Shown here one piece after another: positions 40,247-52,048 of a stretch of 64,000 nucleotides of DNA; the stretch's first letter is position 1; each line of letters begins with the position of its first letter. Both the position numbers and the translations under genes were made by a program. This DNA is from a virus. The stretch is taken from positions 1 to 64,000 of IMG/VR virus record IMGVR_UViG_3300032307_000723. One strand, written 5' to 3'. The notes beneath the pieces are model-generated. The model made no database searches and was not told the origin of the DNA. It saw only the letters and a program-made list of their open reading frames with translations.

Positions 40247-40998
40247 ACGATTACCAAATTTTTATTTATTTTTTTAATAAAATCATATTCTTCAAGTGGA
40301 TTGAGTAGTTCAAAACTCCAATCCACTTTTTTTAATTCTTTTTCTAACCAAGCCATATCAAAATTAAAAACATCTAAAATCGCTGAGGTTAATGTTTTGT
40401 CTATGAATGTTGAGTTAGATTGTCTTACTGAAAATATTGGTTCATCATTTTCAGTTTTATTTTTTGACATATTAAAAATAAGGGTGTTTACAGGATAGTT
40501 TGTAGGAATACTATAAAAGATATGTTTACCATAATAATAGTGTAACCTGCCTTGTCCTAATGAATAACCATAAGGAAATTCGGAAACAGATACCATATCT
40601 TCATCAGTTATTTCAGTAATCACGTAGTTATAGTCATACGATGATTTTTTATTTTCGTATGATTCAATTTGTTTGTGGTTGTATGAACAATTAGTACTAT
40701 TATGATAAACAAATTCAAAATCAGTTGGTTTATTCATTTTAACTTCATATTCGATTAAGTCTATAGTGTGAGATAATTTGATATCACCTATATTATCCTC
40801 ATATTTTTTAAGAAATTCGTTTAGTATTTCAGACAAATCTAATACTTGATTATAACTTGTTTTTCCTTTTATAATAAAAAAGTTTTTGCAATCAACAACT
40901 TTAATTGTTGACTCTTCATTGTGTGGTATTTTGGATAATATAAAATCCGCAAATAAATTAGTGATTAATATTCTACTCTCAGTATTTTTTAAAACCAT
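40243..40998 (-). CDS. Degenerate MetK (SAM synthetase)-like protein
   Basis: LFADFIL..IKGK..VLDL, FPYGYS and ILDVFNF echo MetK segments; catalytic GHPDK and GGGAFSGKD are absent. Confidence 0.4.
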   Translation of the reverse strand: MVLKNTESRILITNLFADFILSKIPHNEESTIKVVDCKNFFIIKGKTSYNQVLDLSEILNEFLKKYEDNIGDIKLSHTIDLIEYEVKMNKPTDFEFVYHNSTNCSYNHKQIESYENKKSSYDYNYVITEITDEDMVSVSEFPYGYSLGQGRLHYYYGKHIFYSIPTNYPVNTLIFNMSKNKTENDEPIFSVRQSNSTFIDKTLTSAILDVFNFDMAWLEKELKKVDWSFELLNPLEEYDFIKKINKNLVIV

Positions 40999-41123
40999 TG
41001 TAAATTATGATAAGTGTTTAATGTTTTGGAAATTATAGTAAAATTAAAAAATAAAACGAATAGTTATTAAATTGAAATAACCACATTCCTTCGTATTTAT
41101 AAGTTAAGTGAAACAAAGTTTTA

Positions 41124-43430
41124 ATGGCTAAAAATATATTAATAGTACCGAGTAATACAATTGCCCCTCAACCGGACAATATTCCTTATATTGATTTTGA
41201 GAACACTGGTTTAATCAAATTGAATGTTCGAGGTAATGGTGATATTGTATTTAGTAGCGCAACAGAAGATGAAGTACTTTTTATTAATGATAAGCAAGTA
41301 AAAACTGGAAATAATCTTAATGTAAAAGATTATTTTGCTGTTAACGGTACTCAAGTTATAAATGGTACAGGGAATTGGATTGGTCCGACAACTAATATTG
41401 CGGGTGCTCAAGGTCCTACGGGTGCGAAAGGGACTACAGGTGATGGAGGTGCAACGGGAAACACCGGTGCTCCGGGTGCTAATAGTGCGGTTTCAGGTGC
41501 TCCGGGTCCAACAGGCCCTACCGGTTCTCAAGGTCCAATAGGAAATAATGGAATTTCGGGTTCCACAGGTTCTATCGGTTCAACAGGACCAACAGGACCC
41601 AAAGGTTCTCAAGGAGCTACGGGTAATATAGGTTCACAAGGTCCAAAGGGGCCTCAAGGTTCTCAAGGACCAAAAGGGGCGACGGGACCAACCGGTAGTG
41701 CAGGGGCGACTGGTGATGCAGGACCTACAGGACCAAAAGGTTCTGTTGGAACAACAGGTGATGGAGGTGCTTCTACAGGATTTCCGGGATTTCCCGGACC
41801 ACAAGGTTCCCAAGGTTCTCAAGGAGTGCAAGGTTCTCAAGGGGCAACAGGAAATACAGGTGCTCAAGGACCTACAGGTGCTCAAGGTGCGACAGGTAAT
41901 ACAGGTGCCCAAGGAATTATTGGACCACAGGGTGCTCAAGGACTACAAGGTGCTCAAGGTGCGACAGGTAATACAGGTGCTCTTGGACCACAAGGAAACA
42001 CTGGTGCGACAGGATTTATAGGACCCACAGGTAATACAGGTGCTCAAGGACCTACGGGTGGTACAGGTGCTGCCGGCCCACAAGGAGCGACAGGAAATAC
42101 AGGAGCGGTAGGTCCAACAGGTAATACAGGATTTACAGGACCTACGGGTAATCCGGGGGCGACGGGACATACAGGTGCCCAAGGTCCACAAGGTCTACAA
42201 GGTGCTCAAGGGACTACAGGTCCTGTGGGTACTCAAGGAAGTAAAGGTCCACAAGGACCACAAGGAACTCAAGGTTCACAAGGTGCAACAGGATTTGTTG
42301 GACCTACCGGACCTACCGGACCCCAAGGATTACAAGGTTCTCAGGGAGCAACAGGAGAGAAAGGGCCAACTGGTGCCCAAGGTCCAAAAGGATTTACAGG
42401 GCCAACAGGACCCACCGGTAATACCGGAGCCCAAGGGCCTACAGGTCCTCAAGGTGCCCAAGGTCCTACAGGTGCAACAGGACCTGCCGGAGCTCAAGGG
42501 TCTCAAGGGGCGGTAGGAAATACGGGTGCTCAAGGAACTAAAGGTCCTCAAGGTCCTCAAGGTGCTCAAGGGGGTGCAGGTCCTCAAGGTGCACAAGGAG
42601 GTCAAGGTTCTCAAGGTTCTCAAGGTGGTCAAGGTTCTCAAGGTGCTCAAGGTGGTCAAGGTTCTCAAGGGGCTCCAAGACTTGGACCCCAAGGAAATCA
42701 AGGAGCTCCAGGTCCAGCAGGTGCTACAGGTGCTCAAGGTCCTCTAGGGGCTCAAGGAGCGACACAACCTACAGGCCCTCAAGGTGCCCAAGGTGCTCAA
42801 GGGTCTCAAGGGGCTTCAGGTACTGCGGCGGCTACTTGTACAACGGCTACATTAAATTATTGGAATGATTGTAGTGAACCGTGTGCCGGTTTTAAAGGGG
42901 GTACTATCACTTATTATCAACAAACAGGTTCAGGTGACCCTTATCCAACTTATAAATTTAGAACCCTTTCAAACTGTCAGAATAGTACGTGTGATTGGAA
43001 TACATATATACCAGTATCAGGGGCTAGAAACTTTTTTTGTACAATTTTAGACCCTGATTGTGGGTTTTTTGTTAACCAATATGATTGTTTTGCCTATTCG
43101 GATGTTAAACTTAAAGATGGTATAGAAACACTTGAAGGTGCGTTAGAAAACATTATGAAAATTAATGCGGTTGAATATGATTGGAATGAAAAATTAGGTC
43201 CTGACAGATATCAATTTTATTTAAATCAAGATAAATTACATACAATCGGTTTGATTGCTCAAAATGTTAGATTATATTATCCTGAAGCCGTAAGAATGAA
43301 TGATGATGGGTATTACTCTGTCGACTATCAAAAATTAAATTCAGTCTTAATTGAGGGTATCAAAGATTTACAATATGAGATAGATGAAATGGATAAAGAA
43401 CTAAACAAAATTGAATTAATACTTAGTTAA
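41124..43430 (+). CDS. Collagen-like tail fibre 1 with Cys-rich tip and peptidase S74 chaperone
   Basis: GXY tract 41403-42821; YSDVKLKD; GLIAQ; TATTTATA at 41094. Confidence 0.88.
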   Translation: MAKNILIVPSNTIAPQPDNIPYIDFENTGLIKLNVRGNGDIVFSSATEDEVLFINDKQVKTGNNLNVKDYFAVNGTQVINGTGNWIGPTTNIAGAQGPTGAKGTTGDGGATGNTGAPGANSAVSGAPGPTGPTGSQGPIGNNGISGSTGSIGSTGPTGPKGSQGATGNIGSQGPKGPQGSQGPKGATGPTGSAGATGDAGPTGPKGSVGTTGDGGASTGFPGFPGPQGSQGSQGVQGSQGATGNTGAQGPTGAQGATGNTGAQGIIGPQGAQGLQGAQGATGNTGALGPQGNTGATGFIGPTGNTGAQGPTGGTGAAGPQGATGNTGAVGPTGNTGFTGPTGNPGATGHTGAQGPQGLQGAQGTTGPVGTQGSKGPQGPQGTQGSQGATGFVGPTGPTGPQGLQGSQGATGEKGPTGAQGPKGFTGPTGPTGNTGAQGPTGPQGAQGPTGATGPAGAQGSQGAVGNTGAQGTKGPQGPQGAQGGAGPQGAQGGQGSQGSQGGQGSQGAQGGQGSQGAPRLGPQGNQGAPGPAGATGAQGPLGAQGATQPTGPQGAQGAQGSQGASGTAAATCTTATLNYWNDCSEPCAGFKGGTITYYQQTGSGDPYPTYKFRTLSNCQNSTCDWNTYIPVSGARNFFCTILDPDCGFFVNQYDCFAYSDVKLKDGIETLEGALENIMKINAVEYDWNEKLGPDRYQFYLNQDKLHTIGLIAQNVRLYYPEAVRMNDDGYYSVDYQKLNSVLIEGIKDLQYEIDEMDKELNKIELILS

Positions 43431-45496
43431 TGGCGAATATTATTATATACCCACAAGGTAATGTTGGAAATACCGACCCTAACATAATTTTTGATGATGG
43501 GTCATCTAAGTTGCAATTTAATGTTAAGAATGGTTTCTTATCTCTATCGTCATCAACAATTAGTGATGGTGTTAATATCGGTCCTCAAAATGTTGTGGTT
43601 TCAGGTACTTCAATTACAGGACCAAGTGCTTCATTAGTTGTAGGTGGGGTTCAAATGATTAATAGTTCAGCCGTATGGGTTGGACCTCCTGAACCATTAA
43701 TAGGTTTCCAAGGTGCTCAAGGTGCTCAGGGAGCTAAAGGTAATACAGGTGCTCAAGGTGCTCAAGGTGCTCAAGGTCCCGTAGGGGCTCAAGGTTTTCA
43801 AGGTTTTACAGGACCTACAGGGTTTGTCGGACCACAAGGACCTCAAGGAGCGCAAGGAGCTCAAGGGTTTCAAGGTTCCACCGGACCAACAGGTGATACC
43901 GGAGTTCAAGGTGCTCAGGGTTCTGCGGGATTTACAGGGCCAACAGGAATTCCGGGAGAGGTTGGACCAACAGGTGATGCTGGTCTTACAGGTGCCCAAG
44001 GTTCTCAAGGTTCTCAAGGACCTACAGGTAATACAGGTGCTCAAGGGGCTAAAGGTCCACAGGGTGCTCAAGGACCTCAAGGAGCACAGGGGCCAAAAGG
44101 ATTTGTTGGACCTACAGGACCTACAGGACCACAAGGTAGTCAAGGTGCACAAGGTGTGAATGCCGGTGCCACAGGTCCACAAGGGTCTCAAGGTCCACAA
44201 GGGTCTCAAGGACCTACAAGTGGTGTTCAAGGTTCCCAAGGAGGTCAAGGTGCTCAAGGTTCCCAAGGTGCTCAAGGTGCTCAAGGTGCTGTTCAAGGTG
44301 CCCAAGGTTCTCAAGGTGCCCAAGGTTCCCAAGGTGCTCAAGGAGCTAATAGTAGTGTCCAAGGTGCTCAAGGTTCCCAAGGTGCTCAAGGTTCTCAAGG
44401 GGGTCAAGGTGCACAAGGTGCGGTTCAAGGTGCTCAAGGTGCTCAAGGTGTTCAAGGTGCTCAAGGTTCCCAAGGTGCTCAAGGTGCAAATGCAGGTGCT
44501 ACAGGACCTCAAGGTGCCCAAGGAGGACCAGGTGCTCCGGGTGCTCCCGGTACAAATTCCGTAGTTTCAGGTGCTCCGGGTCCAACAGGTCCTACCGGTG
44601 CTCAAGGAGCTCAGGGTGCAACACAAGGTGCACCTGGATTTACAGGACCTACAGGTAGCCAAGGTTCTCAAGGGGCGGGTAGTATTATTATGGGGGCAAC
44701 CGGACCACAAGGTTCTCAAGGGGCAACAGGTAATACAGGTGCTCAAGGTGCAAACGCTGGTGCACCGGGAGTTCCAGGTCCAACCGGAGCACAAGGTGCC
44801 CAAGGACCCGCAACCGCTCCCGGACCACAAGGTTTTCAAGGAAATCAAGGTGCCCAAGGAAACGTAGGAGTCGGTGGTGCTCCGGGTCCATCAGGTACCG
44901 TAGGACCACAAGGTGCTCAAGGGCCTAAAGGACCACAAGGTGCTCAAGGTCCTAAAGGGCCACAAGGTGCTCAAGGTCCTAAAGGACCACAAGGTGCTCA
45001 AAGTGCTCCGGGAGCTTCGGGGGCACAAGGAGCAACAGGTCCTCAAGGAGTGCAAGGTTCTCAAGGGCCACAAGGTTCCCAAGGTGCTCAAGGAGAACTT
45101 AGACAAGGTTCTCAAGGTTCACAAGGAGGTCAAGGGGCTCAAGGTGCTCCATCCGATAAAAGATTAAAAGATAATATAACACCAATGGTAAATGTTTTAG
45201 AGAAAACAACCCAAATTAAAGGTGTTATATTTGAATGGGATAGAGAACATAAAAAAATTAAAGATAATAAATCAATTGTATTCCAAGAGGCTTTCTCAGG
45301 TGATTCAATTGGCTTTATTGCTCAAGATTTAGAAAAAGTGGTACCTGAAATGGTATTTACGGATGATGAAGGTTGGAAAAGTGTTAGTTATGGTCAAATG
45401 GTTAGTTTAGGTATTGGAGGGATTCAAGAACAAAAAAGAAGAGTTGACTCAATATATGAAAGAATAAATAAATTAAAACAAATTACAGGTGTCTGA
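43430..45496 (+). CDS. Collagen-like tail fibre 2 with S74 chaperone
   Basis: GXY tract 43703-45145; PSDKRLKD; GFIAQD. Confidence 0.88.
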   Translation: MANIIIYPQGNVGNTDPNIIFDDGSSKLQFNVKNGFLSLSSSTISDGVNIGPQNVVVSGTSITGPSASLVVGGVQMINSSAVWVGPPEPLIGFQGAQGAQGAKGNTGAQGAQGAQGPVGAQGFQGFTGPTGFVGPQGPQGAQGAQGFQGSTGPTGDTGVQGAQGSAGFTGPTGIPGEVGPTGDAGLTGAQGSQGSQGPTGNTGAQGAKGPQGAQGPQGAQGPKGFVGPTGPTGPQGSQGAQGVNAGATGPQGSQGPQGSQGPTSGVQGSQGGQGAQGSQGAQGAQGAVQGAQGSQGAQGSQGAQGANSSVQGAQGSQGAQGSQGGQGAQGAVQGAQGAQGVQGAQGSQGAQGANAGATGPQGAQGGPGAPGAPGTNSVVSGAPGPTGPTGAQGAQGATQGAPGFTGPTGSQGSQGAGSIIMGATGPQGSQGATGNTGAQGANAGAPGVPGPTGAQGAQGPATAPGPQGFQGNQGAQGNVGVGGAPGPSGTVGPQGAQGPKGPQGAQGPKGPQGAQGPKGPQGAQSAPGASGAQGATGPQGVQGSQGPQGSQGAQGELRQGSQGSQGGQGAQGAPSDKRLKDNITPMVNVLEKTTQIKGVIFEWDREHKKIKDNKSIVFQEAFSGDSIGFIAQDLEKVVPEMVFTDDEGWKSVSYGQMVSLGIGGIQEQKRRVDSIYERINKLKQITGV

Positions 45497-47504
45497 GAAT
45501 ATTATAATAACCCCGGGTAGTGGTACAATTGATTTTAATAGTTCACTTGGAATAGATACTATTTTTATTATAGAATCTGGTTCGTTAAAATTCAAACGAA
45601 GTACTACCACAATTTTCACTATTGATAACACTTATCCTAACTTTAGAGTGAGTACTAATGATGGATTATATGTTATTAACACTTTTATTAATAATTATGG
45701 TTCTTTAATTAATTCTACAGGATGGTTAGGAAATAGACAGCCAACAGGTGCTCAAGGTTCACAAGGTGCGGTCGGTTCACAAGGTGCTCAAGGTTCACAA
45801 GGTGCCGGTGGGGCTCAAGGTAATATTGGTCCACAAGGACCACAAGGACCACAGGGGTCACAAGGTGCAACAGGTCCACAAGGTTCTCAAGGACCTAAAG
45901 GTTCTCAAGGAGCGCAAGGAGTTCAAGGTTCTCAAGGTGCTCAAGGAGACCAAGGACCACAAGGACCACAAGGGCCACAAGGATTTCAAGGTTCTCAAGG
46001 TGCAAAAGGTGCTCAAGGTCCACAAGGGTCTCAAGGTTCGACAGGACCTACCGGAGGTCAAGGACCACAAGGTTCTCAAGGTGCCCAAGGAGGACAAGGT
46101 GCTCAAGGATTAACACCTGGTTCCACGGGTCCACAGGGTCCTCAGGGGGATACAGGTGCTACGGGTCCAAAAGGTGATACCGGGCCAATAGGAGGACAAG
46201 GTTCTCAGGGTGCAACAGGTGCAACAGGTGCAACAGGCCCAGCAGGAGCGACAGGTGCTCAAGGGACAACAGGTCCTACAGGCCCAAAAGGTAATACAGG
46301 TCCAACAGGTCCAACGGGTGCTCAAGGTACTCAGGGTGCAACAGGACCTACCGGAGGTACAGGGCCTCAAGGTTCTCAAGGTGCTGCGGGAGCTCAAGGT
46401 CCGAAAGGTCCAAATGGTCCAACAGGTGCCCAAGGACCTACCGGAGGTCAAGGTTCTCAAGGTTCTAAAGGACCAACCGGACCAACCGGACCTATCGGAC
46501 CAACAGGAGGACAAGGTTCTCAAGGTTTTACAGGATTTGATGGGAATGGAGGTTCACAAGGTGCTCAAGGAGCTGTCGGTGCACAAGGATTCCAAGGTTT
46601 TACAGGTCCTCCGGGGTTCGTTGGGCCAACAGGAGGACAAGGTGCTCAAGGTTCTCAAGGGCCAACAGGTCCAAAAGGAGACCAAGGACCAACAGGTCCA
46701 CAAGGTTCTCAAGGTGCAACAGGACCACAAGGTTCTCAAGGGGCACAAGGTTCTCAAGGAGGACAGGGGTCACAAGGAGCAGCAGGAACGGTTCAAGGTG
46801 CTCAAGGTCTTCAAGGTCCTAAAGGACCAAGTGGTCCTGACGGGGCTGGAGGTTCACAAGGTGCTCAAGGAGATGTCGGTGCACAAGGATTCCAAGGGCC
46901 AACAGGTTTTCCTTCTGTGTCTCCAGGGTCCCCAGGTGCTGCGGGAACTGTACAAGGGGCTCAAGGTGCTGCGGGAACTGTTCAAGGGTCTCAAGGTAAT
47001 CCCGGAGGGGTTCAAGGTGCTCAAGGTGCTGGACCACAAGGTGCTCAAGGTTCTCAAGGTGCGGGTCCAAAAGGAGCTCAAGGAGCCTCAGGGGCACAAG
47101 GTTCTCAAGGAGCTAAAGGTCCATTAGGACCAACAGGTGCTCAAGGTGCTACAGGAGCACAAGGTGCTACTCCATCTGATAGTAGAATGAAAAAAAATAT
47201 TAGACCAATTGAAGATTCATTAGAAAAAGTTTTGAAAATGAGAGGGGTTTCATTTATTTGGAATAAAAATGAAATAACACCAAATTACGGGAAAGACATT
47301 GGATTTATAGCACAAGAAGTTGCCCACGTATTACCTGAATTAGTTTTTAAAAGTAGTAAAGAAAATTCTCACTTTCAGGTTAAATATAATGATGTAATCG
47401 CCCTTTGTTTGGAGGCGATTAAAGAACAATCAAGGTTGATTGATTTAAAAGAAGAAAGATTAGAAAGGTTAGAAAATAAAGCAAAAGAAAAGGGACTTGT
47501 TTAA
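45489..47504 (+). CDS. Collagen-like tail fibre 3 with S74 chaperone (GTG start)
   Basis: GXY tract 45747-47165; PSDSRMKK; GFIAQE. Confidence 0.88.
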   Translation: MSENIIITPGSGTIDFNSSLGIDTIFIIESGSLKFKRSTTTIFTIDNTYPNFRVSTNDGLYVINTFINNYGSLINSTGWLGNRQPTGAQGSQGAVGSQGAQGSQGAGGAQGNIGPQGPQGPQGSQGATGPQGSQGPKGSQGAQGVQGSQGAQGDQGPQGPQGPQGFQGSQGAKGAQGPQGSQGSTGPTGGQGPQGSQGAQGGQGAQGLTPGSTGPQGPQGDTGATGPKGDTGPIGGQGSQGATGATGATGPAGATGAQGTTGPTGPKGNTGPTGPTGAQGTQGATGPTGGTGPQGSQGAAGAQGPKGPNGPTGAQGPTGGQGSQGSKGPTGPTGPIGPTGGQGSQGFTGFDGNGGSQGAQGAVGAQGFQGFTGPPGFVGPTGGQGAQGSQGPTGPKGDQGPTGPQGSQGATGPQGSQGAQGSQGGQGSQGAAGTVQGAQGLQGPKGPSGPDGAGGSQGAQGDVGAQGFQGPTGFPSVSPGSPGAAGTVQGAQGAAGTVQGSQGNPGGVQGAQGAGPQGAQGSQGAGPKGAQGASGAQGSQGAKGPLGPTGAQGATGAQGATPSDSRMKKNIRPIEDSLEKVLKMRGVSFIWNKNEITPNYGKDIGFIAQEVAHVLPELVFKSSKENSHFQVKYNDVIALCLEAIKEQSRLIDLKEERLERLENKAKEKGLV

Positions 47505-47519
47505 GGTCCCTTTTTTTTT
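47488..47519. terminator. Bidirectional terminator
   Basis: AAAAGGGAC..GTCCCTTTTTTTTT between convergent genes. Confidence 0.75.
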
Positions 47520-48495
47520 ATATGTAATCACCAAATATTTCGTTGATGTTCTTGTCAATTTCACTTGAATTAGGATAATCAGGTGCCCAAACACTAAGAC
47601 ATTCACCATTTTCTTCAAGGATGTCAATAAAATTTCCAAAGTATTCTAAAGTTTGATTAGTTCCTTTATTATTATAAAGATAATCTCTGATTGGTTCATA
47701 GAAATTTATAATCGGCATTTCAAGTACTTCTATTTGAGTTTCTTTTTTATATGGGTGTGGTTTGTAAATGTATTTTCGTTTTTCAGTATCAAACATCTCA
47801 TCAAGTTTACCCCACACTTCTCTAAACACTGCGGTTTCATAAGCCATATTATATGCATTAGAGTGGATTGAGTTTAATTCACTATCTAATTCGCTCAAAT
47901 CATGGTCTAATAAATAACCCATGGTTTCTGAGTCTCTAACAACATATTCAACATTCACCATAGTTATGGTTGCGTATTCGGTATTTTGTGATGATGCAAT
48001 TTCACCAAGTAATTCAGTTTCCGGTTCGATTTGTACCCCTTCCAAATTTTTGATAATATAACTGTATAAGTATTTTAAGTTTTCTTCGTTAAGTTCTTCA
48101 ATAACATCTCTGTAAACATCATCAGTTGTGTCCCAATATCTGTCCCAATCAGCTTCTCCTAATAGTATTTCACGAATTGTATCCTGACTAATATCATTTC
48201 TACCTGCACAGAATAGTTTTGCCAAATCACTAGTATCGTTTAATTGTAGTACAGGAACCTCACCGTCAAATCTAACATCACTAATTTGTTTTGCAACTTC
48301 CTCTCTAAATTTCTCATTATTAGTTTGAGACAAATAATAAAGGTAATCATTTACCATATAATTCTCTTCCAAATCAAGGTCATCTATACGACCTCTTCTT
48401 TCGATTATTTTGAAAAAAGTTTCGGCATCGTTAAAATATTTTTCAACATCTAATTCGGTATTATTAAACGAATCTATTACATTATCTATATCCAT
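47518..48495 (-). CDS. Acidic hypothetical protein
   Basis: 325 aa D/E rich; TATTTATA upstream on its strand (48499-48506). Confidence 0.65.
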   Translation of the reverse strand: MDIDNVIDSFNNTELDVEKYFNDAETFFKIIERRGRIDDLDLEENYMVNDYLYYLSQTNNEKFREEVAKQISDVRFDGEVPVLQLNDTSDLAKLFCAGRNDISQDTIREILLGEADWDRYWDTTDDVYRDVIEELNEENLKYLYSYIIKNLEGVQIEPETELLGEIASSQNTEYATITMVNVEYVVRDSETMGYLLDHDLSELDSELNSIHSNAYNMAYETAVFREVWGKLDEMFDTEKRKYIYKPHPYKKETQIEVLEMPIINFYEPIRDYLYNNKGTNQTLEYFGNFIDILEENGECLSVWAPDYPNSSEIDKNINEIFGDYI

Positions 48496-48510
48496 ATGTA
48501 TAAATATAAA

Positions 48511-48548
48511 AAAAGGGACAAATTTAATGTCCCTTTTTATTTTTTTTT
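48511..48548. terminator. Intrinsic terminator
   Basis: AAAAGGGACA..TGTCCCTTTTT. Confidence 0.6.
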
Positions 48549-48560
48549 AACCCCTGAATA

Positions 48561-48722
48561 TTATTTTGATGTTTTATTTACATTGTAATACTTCTCAACC
48601 GTCTTTTTAATTGCTGATTTAATACTTTCTGTTTGTTGTTGTTTTACAGCTTGTGATTGTTGAATTTGAACGGCTTGTTGTTCAGGTGTTTGATTTTGCT
48701 TATTTTTGCATCCACATCCCAT
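48561..48722 (-). CDS. MGCGCK small Gln-rich protein (not in ORF track)
   Basis: 53 aa MGCGCKNKQNQTPEQQ..; TATTTATA upstream on its strand (48749-48756). Confidence 0.65.
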   Translation of the reverse strand: MGCGCKNKQNQTPEQQAVQIQQSQAVKQQQTESIKSAIKKTVEKYYNVNKTSK

Positions 48723-48809
48723 ATTGATAAATTTTAATTGTTTATTACTATAAATAGTGATTATGATTCAATTATAATATAAAAACGATATTTATTAAAT
48801 AAAAGATTT

Positions 48810-50567
48810 ATGCAATTTTCAGAATTAATTATAGAAAGTAGAGTTGACGACTTTAAAATAAAACACGGGAAGAAATTTTCACCTCAAAATATTGGTAAAA
48901 TCATAAAAACAATTTCTCCAAAATATTTGGATTGGGTTGGTAAAGTTATGGATGATGTTAATTTTGATGAAAATTTTAAAACTTTGGTGACAGCATTAAA
49001 AAGGTTTGATGCAATTTCAACTAATTTACCATTAACAGATATTAATCAATACAAGACATTAAATGATTTAACAACTTCAATTAACACATATAATAATCGT
49101 GTTAGAAGGGATGTCAAAGAAGTTAAAGGTGGTAAAGTTGTATATGATGATGGAAGATTTTTTGTGGTAAATCCATTAAACTATGAATCATCGTGTTATT
49201 ATGGTAAGGGTACTAAATGGTGTACAGCGGCCGAAACAGATAGTCACTTTAAAAGATATAATGAAGATGGTAAGTTATTTTACATTATTGATAGAACCAA
49301 ACCTAGTAGTGACCCTAATTATAAAGTTGCGTTGTTAAAGAAATTTGATGGAGACATGTCATTTTACGACGCAGTTGATGAGAGAGTTGATTTTGATGGG
49401 GTGATTGGAAATGATAAGTTTCAAGAAATTATTGGTAGTGTTGATAAATTTTTACAAGAAGTTTATCCTGAACAATTGAAAATATATGCCGATGCAATTG
49501 CGGCCAAAAAAGAAAAAGAAAGGTTGGAGAAATTAAGGATTCAACAAGAAATGAGAGCGAAATACGATGAAGCTCAAGAAAATAGAGAATTAGGTTATTG
49601 GAGTGTTAGTTTTGATGAAATGCAATTAGAAGGTTTGAAGGCACATGCATTATTAAAATGGTTGGATGATTATGATGATATTGAGGTTAGACAACCGGAA
49701 GATAACTCCGAAATAATTAGATTGGAAACAGAGATTCAAAGATTGGATGATGAATATGATAATAGTGAAGACCCAAGACCGGAATTACTTGACCAAAAGT
49801 ACGAATTAGAAGATGAGTTAGAAGAATTAAAAAACAAGATTGATGTTTATAATATTCTTTCTACAGGTGAATATTATGAAATGACAGAATTTGAGGTATT
49901 AGATAATGCACATAGAAATAGGAGATATGCGGTTGGAACTGAAAGAGAGGTTAAACAAAGTGCATATGATTCGGTTGAAAACTTAATTGATGATATTGGG
50001 TATGAAGGATTTAGTCAGTCATTCTTGGAGGATTATATTGATACAGATGAACTTAAACGATTTGTATATGATTTTTATTATGAGGATGTGTATGAATCAC
50101 CTGAATCTTATTTAAATGATGACCAAAGAGAATTATCTGATTCTCAAGAAGACATGGTTAAAATTAAAGAAAAAACAATTAGTAAACTACAAGCTCAGAT
50201 TGAGTCATTAGAAAATCAAATAGGTGGTGACTATGATGACGAAATTTCAGAAAAAGTTGACGAACTTAATGATATGATTTCTGACTTGGAATATGAAATT
50301 GAAGAAATAAAAGAAAATCCTGAAGGTGATTTTTCAGAGGAATTAATGGAAAAAATAGTTGCAAGTAGGGTTGACGACGTGTTATATGACCCTGCTGATT
50401 GGATAAAAGGTTATGGTTTTGAACTTAAAAATTTTATTGACCAAGAAGCTTTCATCGAAGGGGTAATTGATGCTGATGGTTATGGGCATACACTTAACAG
50501 ATATGATGGTAGCGACGATGAAATTTCAGTTAATGGAACAACCTTTCACGTAATGAGAATTGACTAA
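48810..50567 (+). CDS. TKWCT-family protein with long acidic C-terminus
   Basis: SSCYYGKGTKWCTAA..RYNEDGKLFYII; leader MQFSELIIES. Confidence 0.7.
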   Translation: MQFSELIIESRVDDFKIKHGKKFSPQNIGKIIKTISPKYLDWVGKVMDDVNFDENFKTLVTALKRFDAISTNLPLTDINQYKTLNDLTTSINTYNNRVRRDVKEVKGGKVVYDDGRFFVVNPLNYESSCYYGKGTKWCTAAETDSHFKRYNEDGKLFYIIDRTKPSSDPNYKVALLKKFDGDMSFYDAVDERVDFDGVIGNDKFQEIIGSVDKFLQEVYPEQLKIYADAIAAKKEKERLEKLRIQQEMRAKYDEAQENRELGYWSVSFDEMQLEGLKAHALLKWLDDYDDIEVRQPEDNSEIIRLETEIQRLDDEYDNSEDPRPELLDQKYELEDELEELKNKIDVYNILSTGEYYEMTEFEVLDNAHRNRRYAVGTEREVKQSAYDSVENLIDDIGYEGFSQSFLEDYIDTDELKRFVYDFYYEDVYESPESYLNDDQRELSDSQEDMVKIKEKTISKLQAQIESLENQIGGDYDDEISEKVDELNDMISDLEYEIEEIKENPEGDFSEELMEKIVASRVDDVLYDPADWIKGYGFELKNFIDQEAFIEGVIDADGYGHTLNRYDGSDDEISVNGTTFHVMRID

Positions 50568-50593
50568 TTTTCTTTAATTAATATTATTATCTT

Positions 50594-51370
50594 ATGGGTA
50601 GAAAAAAGAAAATATCTTTCAAGTTAAATCCGGAATGGATGTTGAAAGAACCATTGGATTTTGAGTATAACAAATATACTTTATTAGATTATATTCAAAA
50701 GTGTGAAAAAGGGTTTGATAAGTTGGAAATATATCCTGACTTTGTTGAAATTTCTTTGCACTTAGCAAACTTGCAATCATTAGTTAAAGAAAATACATTA
50801 CTATTAACAAATAAGAAATTTGAATCTTGTGATGATGAGATTTTGGTTAAGGAACTTACACCTAAAAAACCAAGAGAATTAACTCAAGAGGAGGAAGAAG
50901 AGTTGGTAAAGACTTTAAAGTTTTCCAATTCAAGATTGTTTGATACATTCAATGTTGCAAAATCAATATGGAATTTAGCATACGATAACATAGACCTTTA
51001 TATAAAGAAAAACAGAAAAGGTATTGTTGCCGGTATTGGTTATGTTTTCTATTATGATAAAACTATTGATAAAATATTTTTATGGGAATATGAAATAAAG
51101 AAAGCCAAGGGTGACAACCATACTCATAAAACTTATTTGACCTTAATCTATGAAGGTCCTTATGATGAGAATACTATTCCTGAACTAATTGAAAAATATT
51201 CTACTTGGAATCAAACTGAACATTACAAACAACTCCCAATATTTGAAATCCAATCATCTCAAAATTTCCCAATGGATGCGACATTAGTTCCAATTATGAA
51301 ACGAAAAATTATGTCATACGTATTTCAAATTGTTAACACAGAAAAAATAAATAATTTTGACTTTGATTAA
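50594..51370 (+). CDS. Hypothetical protein
   Basis: 258-aa ORF. Confidence 0.65.
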   Translation: MGRKKKISFKLNPEWMLKEPLDFEYNKYTLLDYIQKCEKGFDKLEIYPDFVEISLHLANLQSLVKENTLLLTNKKFESCDDEILVKELTPKKPRELTQEEEEELVKTLKFSNSRLFDTFNVAKSIWNLAYDNIDLYIKKNRKGIVAGIGYVFYYDKTIDKIFLWEYEIKKAKGDNHTHKTYLTLIYEGPYDENTIPELIEKYSTWNQTEHYKQLPIFEIQSSQNFPMDATLVPIMKRKIMSYVFQIVNTEKINNFDFD

Positions 51371-51391
51371 TTATTTGTTTATAATTTCTTT

Positions 51392-51607
51392 GTGGGATTT
51401 AACAAAAGATACATAACAAAACAATCATCTTTAACGGCTCTCAACGATAATAGATTAAAACTCTATTATGGTCGAGCCGATGTGATGATATTTGAGGATG
51501 ACCTTAGTGAAATCATCTACGACTTATACTTGTCCGGGAAGACCGAACAGGAAATACTAAACATTATTAATTTAAACACGGAGAAAGAAATCGATGAAGT
51601 GCATTAA
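51392..51607 (+). CDS. Hypothetical protein (GTG start)
   Basis: 71 aa. Confidence 0.5.
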   Translation: MGFNKRYITKQSSLTALNDNRLKLYYGRADVMIFEDDLSEIIYDLYLSGKTEQEILNIINLNTEKEIDEVH

Positions 51608-51824
51608 AACAATCAAGAAAACCAACTCAAGAGAGATTGGAGAAGTAATCAGAACTGAAGAAAAAGATGCTGATTTAAAAGTTAGTACAGGTGTTTGGGC
51701 TTATTGTCCAAAAAGTGAGTGGAAAGCTCTTACTAGAAGAGTTAAACCTGTTTCTAAAAAAGAAACTGAAGAAGGGTCTGAAGATAAACCGGTTACCAAG
51801 AGAGGTAAGAATAGTATTCAGTAG
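51594..51824 (+). CDS. Hypothetical basic protein
   Basis: 76 aa. Confidence 0.55.
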   Translation: MKCIKTIKKTNSREIGEVIRTEEKDADLKVSTGVWAYCPKSEWKALTRRVKPVSKKETEEGSEDKPVTKRGKNSIQ

Positions 51825-51829
51825 TCATC

Positions 51830-52048
51830 ATGAGTGGAGAAATGGTAAATAACCCACTTCATTATGGTGGTGCGGATAATCCTTATGAAGCCATCAAGGT
51901 TATTGAGGCTTGGGGGTTAGATTTTCATTTGGGTAATACAGTTAAGTATATTTCAAGAGCTGGTATTAAAAATCCTGATAAGGAGTTAGAGGACTTGAAG
52001 AAAGCTGCTTGGTATCTTCAAAGACGAATCGATAATTTAACAAAATGA
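51830..52048 (+). CDS. DUF3310 (SaV-like) protein
   Basis: VNNPLHY..GNTVKYISRAG.K..EDLKKAAWYL. Confidence 0.85.
   Translation: MSGEMVNNPLHYGGADNPYEAIKVIEAWGLDFHLGNTVKYISRAGIKNPDKELEDLKKAAWYLQRRIDNLTK

Noticed and set aside
41211-47127. Many alternative-frame and antisense ORFs (VLKVLK, TLSTL, LRTL) over the collagen genes
   Set aside because: Frame shadows of GGN-rich GXY codons that lack stops; no independent start signals
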